From Gemmatimonadota bacterium (GTDB lineage: Bacteria > Gemmatimonadota > Gemmatimonadetes > Gemmatimonadales > GWC2-71-9), in assembly GCA_041488455.1 (NCBI GenBank), contig JBGPPG010000001.1, positions 11,996-75,995 on the forward strand: a stretch of DNA of 64,000 bases, read 5' to 3'. The notes beneath the pieces are model-generated. The model worked only from the letters and a program-made list of their open reading frames with translations, made no database searches and was not told the DNA's origin. A program made the position numbers and the translations under genes. Below, one piece after another: positions 57,794 through 64,000 of the stretch (position 1 is its first letter; each line of letters opens with the position of its first letter).

Positions 57794-59131
57794 ATGTCCA
57801 CCATCCGAGCCCAAACCGCGAACCCGCCCGGAGTTGGGCGGCGGGACGACGCCCTCCGCGCCGCCCTCGCCAAGGCCCGCGCTCGCACGTTTCAGCTGGT
57901 GACCCCCCTGTCTCGCGACGACCTGCACCGTCAGCACGATGCCCTGATGAGCCCGGTCATCTGGGATCTGGGTCACATCGCCGCCTTCGAGGAGCTGTGG
58001 CTCACTCGGAACCTCTCTGGCCACATCGAGTTCGCCGAGATGCCCGGACTCTACAACCCGTTCGAGCACCCGCGCCGGGTGCGCGGCACGCTGGAGCTTC
58101 CCGGGCTCGACCAGGTTCGGGAAACCATGGCCGAGATTCGGGCCATCGTGCTCGAGCGTCTGGAAACGGCGGACCTCCACTCGGGCCCGGCTTTGCTTCG
58201 CGACGGCTACGTGTACCACATGGTACTTCAGCACGAGTACCAGCACGACGAGACCATCCTCCAGACCCTCCAGCTCAAGCAGGGGTCGCCGTACGTGCCG
58301 CTGGAGCGGCGTCCCCTGCCTGTCTGCCGATCCGTCGCGGAGCCAGGTGCGATGGTGCGCTTCCCTGGCGGTGACGTGCAGCTCGGCACCGACGACCGGT
58401 CGGCGGCCTACGACAACGAGCGTCCGCGGCACCCGGTGCGTCTCGCGCCGTTCTGGATCGACGTGACCCCGGTGACCAATGGTCAGTATCTCGAGTTCAT
58501 GGAGGCGGGCGGCTACCGGCGGCGCGAGCTCTGGACGGACGAAGGCTGGAGGTGGCTTGCCGAAGCAGGTGTCACCGCCCCGAAGCATTGGGTCGAGGAT
58601 GGTCGCGGATGGAGCACGCGCAGCATGGACCTGACCGGGACGCTGGACCCGGCGCGACCGGTCTGCCACGTGTGCTGGCACGAGGCCGTGGCGTACGCCC
58701 GGTTCGCCGGGAAGCGCCTGCCGACCGAAGCGGAGTGGGAAGCCGCGGCTTCGTGGGATCCGGCGACCGGGAGCCAGCGTCTCTACCCGTGGGGAAACGA
58801 CGCCTGGTCGCTCGAGCTGGCGAACCTGGACCAGCTGGCGTTCGCGACCGCGCCAGTCGGCACCTATCCGCGGAACGTCTCGCCCATCGGCTGCTACGGC
58901 ATGATCGGGGACGTGTGGGAGTGGACCGCGAGCGACTTTGGCGGCTACGCCGGCTTCGAGCCGTTCCCTTACCAGGAGTACTCCGAGGCGTTCTTCGGCC
59001 CGGAGTACAAGGTGCTGCGGGGCGGCTCCTGGGCCACGAGCCCGGGCGCCATCCGCAGCACGTTCCGCAACTGGGATTACCCCATCCGCCGTCAGATCTT
59101 CAGCGGCTTTCGGTGCGCGCGCGATGCCTAA
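57794..59131 (+). CDS. egtB: Hercynine/sulfoxide synthase EgtB (DinB_2 + FGE-sulfatase fold)
   Basis: ATG 57794 follows GGAAGGAG. SPVIWDLGHIAAFEELW, QHEYQHDET, and the C-terminal FGE-like IGDVWEWTASDF and RGGSWAT. Confidence 0.9.
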   Translation: MSTIRAQTANPPGVGRRDDALRAALAKARARTFQLVTPLSRDDLHRQHDALMSPVIWDLGHIAAFEELWLTRNLSGHIEFAEMPGLYNPFEHPRRVRGTLELPGLDQVRETMAEIRAIVLERLETADLHSGPALLRDGYVYHMVLQHEYQHDETILQTLQLKQGSPYVPLERRPLPVCRSVAEPGAMVRFPGGDVQLGTDDRSAAYDNERPRHPVRLAPFWIDVTPVTNGQYLEFMEAGGYRRRELWTDEGWRWLAEAGVTAPKHWVEDGRGWSTRSMDLTGTLDPARPVCHVCWHEAVAYARFAGKRLPTEAEWEAAASWDPATGSQRLYPWGNDAWSLELANLDQLAFATAPVGTYPRNVSPIGCYGMIGDVWEWTASDFGGYAGFEPFPYQEYSEAFFGPEYKVLRGGSWATSPGAIRSTFRNWDYPIRRQIFSGFRCARDA

Positions 59132-60086
59132 GACACTGACCTCCCGGGCAGCCCGGGTCAATCGACGGATGGCGGCCGAGGTGGCGGCCGGCCTGGCGTC
59201 ACCTCAGAAAGAGCTGCCGCCGAAGTATTTCTACGATCACCGTGGCTCGCTGCTCTTTGAGGCGATCACCCGGCTCCCCGAGTACTATCTCACCCGGGCC
59301 GAGCGCGGGCTGCTCGAGAGCTGGATGCCGCGTCTCATCCACGCTCTCAAGACCCGCACCCTGGTCGAGCTCGGCGCGGGAAGCGCGGAGAAGTCCCGCA
59401 TCATCCTGGGGGCGATGCGCGAAGCCGGAACGGCGGAGCTCTACGTCCCGATCGACGTGAGCGCGGCCTTCCTCGACGAGACGGCGGAGCGGCTGCGGCG
59501 GGAGTACCCCGGGCTCACCGTCACCCCGGCCGTGGCCGACATCGCCGAGGAGCTCAACCTCCCCCGCGATCTGGCGGGGCCCGCGCTCTTCGCCTTTCTC
59601 GGAAGCACGATCGGCAACTTCTATCCCCCCGCGGCGATCCGCCTGCTGACGCGGGTGCGGGCCGCGATGCGCCCCACCGACCGGTTCCTCATGGGCGCGG
59701 ATCTGCGGAAGGACATAAGCGTCATCGAGGCGGCCTACAACGATTCGCAGGGCGTCACCGCGGAGTTCAACCGCAACATGCTGCGAGTGCTCAACCACGA
59801 GCTCGGCGCCGACTTCGATCCGGAGGCCTTCCAGCACCGCGCGTTCTACGAGCCGGAGGCTCACCGCATCGAGATGCATCTGGTAGCGACGCGCGCGCAG
59901 GTCGTGGACATTCCGGGGATCGGAGTCGTGCGCTTTGCGGCGGGCGAGTCCATCCGCACGGAAATCAGCTGCAAGTACGACGTCCCCAGTCTCGCGGCGC
60001 TCTTCGCCGCCGCCGGGCTCAAGCTCGAGTCGTGGCGGGCCGATCCGGGCAACCGGTTCGCGCTGGTCGTGGGGGCGCCGGCGTGA
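59124..60086 (+). CDS. egtD: L-histidine N-alpha-methyltransferase EgtD
   Basis: LPPKYFYDHRGSLLFEAITRLPEYYLTRAE, LVELGAGSAEKSR, FLGSTIGNF and EMHL. Confidence 0.9.
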   Translation: MPKTLTSRAARVNRRMAAEVAAGLASPQKELPPKYFYDHRGSLLFEAITRLPEYYLTRAERGLLESWMPRLIHALKTRTLVELGAGSAEKSRIILGAMREAGTAELYVPIDVSAAFLDETAERLRREYPGLTVTPAVADIAEELNLPRDLAGPALFAFLGSTIGNFYPPAAIRLLTRVRAAMRPTDRFLMGADLRKDISVIEAAYNDSQGVTAEFNRNMLRVLNHELGADFDPEAFQHRAFYEPEAHRIEMHLVATRAQVVDIPGIGVVRFAAGESIRTEISCKYDVPSLAALFAAAGLKLESWRADPGNRFALVVGAPA

Positions 60087-61339
60087 CCCGTCTCACGCGG
60101 CGTGCCCTGTCTGCGCACCTGGCCGAGAGCGTGTTCGCGGCCCCGGCGGTGGCCACGCTCACACCCCGTCTGGTGGGGGCGGAGGTAGAGCTGCTCGCGC
60201 TCGACTCGCAGACCGGCCGCCCCTGTCCGGTGATGGGCGACGGCGCACCCGCGTCGCTCCCCTTCCTCCGCCGATTCGCCGCGCGGCAAGGGTGGACGGA
60301 GGAGCGCACGGCGAAAGGAGCGGTCTCGTTCGCCGTGCCCGGTGGCGGGGTCGTGAGCTTCGAGCCGGGCGGACAGATCGAGTACGCTTGCCCGCCGAGC
60401 CGGTCCCTCACGGAGCAGGTGAACCGGCTGCGGTTGGTCGTGCTGCCGCTCCGCTCGGCAGCTGCGGCGGAAGGGATCCTGCTCCTGACCGCAGGGATCG
60501 ATCCCCTGAACCCTGTGGAGCGCGTCCCCCTCCAGGTCAGCTCCGAGCGCTACAGCCGGATGGCCGACCATTTCGCGCGCATCGGCCCGTCCGGGGCGAG
60601 AATGATGCGGCAGACCGCCGCCTTCCAGATCAGCCTCGATTTCGACGACGAGCCTCGGCTGCGCTGGCGTCTGCTCAATGCCCTGAGCCCGTTCGTCACG
60701 GCGATCTTCGCGAGCTCTGCCTGGTACGCCGGGCGGGACACCGGCCATAAGAGCTTCCGGGCGCATTGCTGGCGCACGCTCGACCCCCGGCGCACCGGAC
60801 TCCCGTACGACGAGCGCCGGCCGGTCGAGGCGTACCTGGAGTTTGCGCTTGCCGCACCGGCGATTCTGTATCCGACGGTCGAGGACCGATGCCCATCGTT
60901 CGGAGAATGGCTCGCCGGGGCAAATCCGACGATCGAGGAATGGGAGGCGCATCTCGGGACGCTCTTCCCCGAGGTCCGGCCACGAGGGCATCTGGAGCTT
61001 CGCTCGGCCGACGCGGTGGACCCGGCCTGGTATGCAGCGCCGCTCGCGTTCGTCGCCGGACTCGCGTATGAGCCCCACGCACTTCGCGCGGCGCTCGAGC
61101 TCCTACCCGCGCCCGACCTTGGCCTGCTGGAGCGCGCGGGCCGGCTGGGCCTGGACGATCCGCGGATCGCGGGGACGGCAGGGGACCTGTTCGACCTGGC
61201 CCTGGGCGCCTGCGCGGCGCTCGGCCCGCGGTTCCTCCATCCCGCGCATCTAGAGGAGGCTCGGACCTACTTCGAGCACTACACCCGCCGGGGCCGCTCG
61301 CCGGCGGGCGACCCGGCGAGCTGCGCGGTCGCCGCCTGA
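60083..61339 (+). CDS. Glutamate-cysteine ligase family 2 protein (EgtA-like)
   Basis: GTGA overlap with egtD. VGAEVELLAL and SFEPGGQIEYACPP are typical of GCS2/EgtA-type carboxylate-amine ligases. Confidence 0.75.
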   Translation: MTRLTRRALSAHLAESVFAAPAVATLTPRLVGAEVELLALDSQTGRPCPVMGDGAPASLPFLRRFAARQGWTEERTAKGAVSFAVPGGGVVSFEPGGQIEYACPPSRSLTEQVNRLRLVVLPLRSAAAAEGILLLTAGIDPLNPVERVPLQVSSERYSRMADHFARIGPSGARMMRQTAAFQISLDFDDEPRLRWRLLNALSPFVTAIFASSAWYAGRDTGHKSFRAHCWRTLDPRRTGLPYDERRPVEAYLEFALAAPAILYPTVEDRCPSFGEWLAGANPTIEEWEAHLGTLFPEVRPRGHLELRSADAVDPAWYAAPLAFVAGLAYEPHALRAALELLPAPDLGLLERAGRLGLDDPRIAGTAGDLFDLALGACAALGPRFLHPAHLEEARTYFEHYTRRGRSPAGDPASCAVAA

Positions 61340-61490
61340 GACCGGGTCTCCGACCCACCGCTCCCAACACCCACTGCAATTTTTTGCACCGGCCTTCCGG
61401 GGGCTTAACAGCCCCGGGCAGGCCCCCGTCCGTTCGGCAGTCCGCACAGACCCACGAAAAGTTGCGACACCCCGAATGGAGGATAGGCCG

Positions 61491-62450
61491 ATGTCCCCGA
61501 CCCCCCGGAGCCTGCCGCTCCTTCCCGCGCTGGCCGCCGCGGCACTCGCGCTGGCGGCGTGCAGCAGCACAACCACCAGCCCGAGCACGCCCGCGCTGAC
61601 GCAGGCGGATGCCGACGCCGCGTCGGACGTGATTGTGGGCGATATGTCGGACCAGGCCGACGGCGCCACGACGACCTCCGGTGGCCCGTCGTTCTCGCAG
61701 GCCGCGCTTTCCGGCAGCGCAACGGCCGCTCCGGCCGCCGCCGCCGCGGTGAACGCTGCGGGTGCGTGGTACGCCACGGCCTGCTCGCCCGCGCCGACCA
61801 TCACGGTGAACGGCAGCACCACCGCGTATGTCTTCACGGACTGCGCCATCTCACGCCTCATTCCGCTCGAGACCCTGACCCGGAACGGTGAAGTGGACGT
61901 CACGCTTGCCGTGGGGAGCCGCACGCTGGTGTTCACCAACTTCCAGAAGACCTGGAAGCGCGTCTCGTTCCGGACCGGCCAGGAGATCACGACGTCGGAG
62001 ACGCTCAACGGGACCCGCTCCATCTCCGACGACGGCACGACGCTTCAGCACCACGTCTACGGCACCGGCGACCCATCGTCGACGCTCTTCCAGGATGCGT
62101 ACGTGTTCGCGGATCAGTCCACCGCCGAGCACGACCGGAACTGGCAAGGGACGTTCACGGCGGATGTCGCGTCCTCGATCGTCCACAACCAGCCGCTCCC
62201 GGCCGGAATGTGGGGCGTGAGTGGGAACTCGACCTTCACCCGCAACGCGGGAACCGCGAATCAGAAGAGCTGGTCCTTCTCCACGAGCGGCACCGGCGTG
62301 CACTACAATCCTTCGTGCTCTTCGGCGCCGCAGTTCGACGCGGGCACGCTCACGGTCACGGCCCACAACGACCAGACGAACGCGACTACGACGTTCACGA
62401 TCACCTTCACCGCCTGCGGGCAGTACACGGCCACGATCACGAAGGCGTGA
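61491..62450 (+). CDS. Hypothetical Thr/Ser-rich lipoprotein
   Basis: ATG 61491 lies 7 nt after GGAGGA. Lipobox LALAAC. Beta-rich, Thr-rich sequence with four additional Cys. No motif recognised. Confidence 0.55.
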   Translation: MSPTPRSLPLLPALAAAALALAACSSTTTSPSTPALTQADADAASDVIVGDMSDQADGATTTSGGPSFSQAALSGSATAAPAAAAAVNAAGAWYATACSPAPTITVNGSTTAYVFTDCAISRLIPLETLTRNGEVDVTLAVGSRTLVFTNFQKTWKRVSFRTGQEITTSETLNGTRSISDDGTTLQHHVYGTGDPSSTLFQDAYVFADQSTAEHDRNWQGTFTADVASSIVHNQPLPAGMWGVSGNSTFTRNAGTANQKSWSFSTSGTGVHYNPSCSSAPQFDAGTLTVTAHNDQTNATTTFTITFTACGQYTATITKA

Positions 62451-62481
62451 TCGAGGGCGCCCAGGTCGTCGGGAGCGCGGT

Positions 62482-62509
62482 GCGGCCCGGTCCGGGTGGA
62501 CCGGGCCGC
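62482..62509. terminator. Bidirectional hairpin terminator between convergent genes
   Basis: Perfect 12-bp stem GCGGCCCGGTCC / GGACCGGGCCGC with a GGGT loop, followed by TTCGCT. Confidence 0.7.
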
Positions 62510-62513
62510 TTCG

Positions 62514-63995
62514 CTATCTGGCGGTGCGGCTACGGCAGACGGCGAGCAGCTGCTTCGGGGCGGGATTGTTGGGGAAGAGGGCGCGGGCGGCCTCCGCGTG
62601 CGGGCGGGCCAGGTCGCAGCGGCCGCGGTTCCGCCAGGCGTAGCCCAAGAGCATCTGGATCCGGTAGCTGCCCGGGTCCAGCCGGGCGGCCCACTCGAGC
62701 GTCCCCGGCTTCTCGCTGCTGCTGAAGACCGCCATCGCCCCCAGCTGGGAGACCGTGCGGACGACGAGCAGGGTCCCCACCAGCGCCACGGCGCCGGCCA
62801 ACCGGGCTCGTCGTCGCCCGGAGAGGTCCACGGTCAGGACCGTGCGCTTGGGCGGCCGGCTCAGCGCTCCGAGAATGGTCGCGGCGAACACCGTCGGCGC
62901 CGGGAGCAGGAGCACGGCATCGAAGGCGCTCACGCCGGCGAGCACGACCAGCGTGAGCAGCGCGGCGAGCGCCTCGAGGCCCTCGCTGGTGGTGAGTCCC
63001 TGCCGCCACCGGCGCAACGCGCCGACGCCGAGCGCGGCACCGGTGAGAAGCACCAGCAGCAGCGCCAGCGGTCCGCGCTCGGCCAGGAGGGCCACCCAGT
63101 CGCTGCTGGGCCAGGGGTTCGTGGGGATGAAGTCCGTCGAATCGAACGCGGGGTCGCCGGGGAACGTGTACTTCGGGTAGGCGACCGGCCAGTTCCCTGG
63201 CCCCACGCCGAGGATCGGGTGGTCGATCGCCATCCGCAGCGTATTCTGGTACTGGACCAGGCGGCCCCGCCCGCTTCCCTCCCTGTAGTCGGCGATGTCG
63301 CGGAGCGAGTCGAGATAAGGCGAGTCTGAGCGCCATTCCAGCATGTTGGGCAGCGCGAGCGCCAGCATCGCGCCGACGGCGGCCGCGCCGACGAGCGCGA
63401 CTACTCGGCGGCGGGCGATCCGGTTCCGCCAGAGCCCGCCGGCCCAGAGCCCCTCGGCGATGAACAGACCCAGCGCCAGGACCAGCGCCAGCCAGGCCGC
63501 GCGTGAGCGTGAGAGGACCAGAGCCGCCGTCACCAGCACCGCTCCCGCCTGCCACACCACGAGTCCCCGCCGCCGCCGCGCCTCGATGCCCGCGAGCGCC
63601 AGGACCGGCGCGCCCAGCGCCATGAAGTGCGCCATGAAGTTCCGGTTGCCGAACGTCCCGCCCGGCGCCCGCCGCTCGGCCATGATTGCGAGCTCCACGC
63701 CATATGCCTGGAGCAGCGCCGTGATCGCCCCGAACACCACGGCCGCCGCGAGCGTGGTAACCAGAGCACCGCCCAGTCCCGCCCGGCTCACCGTGCGCGC
63801 GCTCCAGAAGATGAGCGCGCCCGAAAGGCTCAGGCCGAAGGCCCGGAAGGCGAGCCAGTGGTTCTGGGCCAGCAGGGTGGCCGCGAGCGACAGCGCGAGA
63901 AACGCCGCCAGCAGCACGTCGGCCAGCGTGAGGTCCAGCCGCCGCGCGCGTGCAAGACAGCAGCCGGCGGCGCCGAACCCGACCAGCTCCGCCAC
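62514..63995 (-). CDS. O-antigen ligase/polymerase-like membrane protein with a C-terminal TPR region; 5' end may lie beyond the window
   Basis: About 10 TM helices with a Wzy_C-like loop (LSRSRAAWLALVLALGLF). C-terminal soluble TPR-like tail. The frame is still open at the window edge upstream of GTG 63995. Confidence 0.7.
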   Translation of the reverse strand: MAELVGFGAAGCCLARARRLDLTLADVLLAAFLALSLAATLLAQNHWLAFRAFGLSLSGALIFWSARTVSRAGLGGALVTTLAAAVVFGAITALLQAYGVELAIMAERRAPGGTFGNRNFMAHFMALGAPVLALAGIEARRRRGLVVWQAGAVLVTAALVLSRSRAAWLALVLALGLFIAEGLWAGGLWRNRIARRRVVALVGAAAVGAMLALALPNMLEWRSDSPYLDSLRDIADYREGSGRGRLVQYQNTLRMAIDHPILGVGPGNWPVAYPKYTFPGDPAFDSTDFIPTNPWPSSDWVALLAERGPLALLLVLLTGAALGVGALRRWRQGLTTSEGLEALAALLTLVVLAGVSAFDAVLLLPAPTVFAATILGALSRPPKRTVLTVDLSGRRRARLAGAVALVGTLLVVRTVSQLGAMAVFSSSEKPGTLEWAARLDPGSYRIQMLLGYAWRNRGRCDLARPHAEAARALFPNNPAPKQLLAVCRSRTAR

Positions 63996-64000
63996 CAGCT

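Noticed and set aside
57707-59161. 484-aa minus-strand ORF
   Set aside because: Antisense to egtB, whose DinB_2 and FGE motifs are clear.

Overview
Dense, high-GC (roughly 70%) chromosomal segment from a diderm bacterium, judged by its TolC-type and Omp85-type outer-membrane proteins and many lipoproteins. The lineage cannot be fixed from sequence alone. I call 58 protein-coding genes, one TPP riboswitch, several hairpin terminators and operator-like repeats, and a set of short tandem heptamer arrays. I saw no rRNA, tRNA, CRISPR array, transposase, integrase or phage gene, so this looks like core chromosome rather than an accessory island.

Gene content, left to right:
- Omp85-like outer-membrane protein (partial), YtxH, and a SahR-like regulator with ahcY.
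- A TolC/MFP/RND efflux operon with a divergent MarR regulator.
- A MocR regulator divergent from a PNPOx-like gene.
- A polysaccharide deacetylase and an HGSNAT-like acyltransferase.
- A HEAT-repeat protein plus HD-GYP pair.
- Rhodanese plus SufU, an M24 peptidase, and pdxH.
- A same-strand block of GAF histidine kinase, OmpR regulator, P1B ATPase and ba3-type oxidase, with divergent USP genes.
- A TPP riboswitch and thiC, followed by four coupled exported hydrolase or lipoprotein genes.
- TetR, glycosylasparaginase plus an outer-membrane protein, pncB-pncA, a class V aminotransferase, cimA, treZ, DinB and qor.
- DUF1015-serA-serC, egtB-egtD-egtA-like, and an O-antigen-ligase-like protein.

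Operons are marked by 4-nt NTGA stop/start overlaps at 9627, 10739, 19178, 28874, 34031, 38266, 39084, 40682, 46739, 52971, 55211 and 60083.

Most unusual observations:
1. Tandem 7-nt repeat arrays sit exactly at gene boundaries at five or more loci. Some form long hairpins, and one encloses a start codon.
2. The HEAT/HD-GYP gene pair shares an N-terminal module, and the HD-GYP motif is degenerate.
3. The kinase/regulator/ATPase/ba3-oxidase block has an ATPase carrying TPCP and QExxD motifs.
4. Two same-strand junctions lack a canonical start codon for the downstream gene.
5. A roughly 520-nt non-coding gap lies beside the thiC riboswitch.
6. A structured roughly 440-nt leader precedes cimA.

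I found no convincing defence, toxin or mobile system. The novel candidates are hypotheses that need database and experimental checks.
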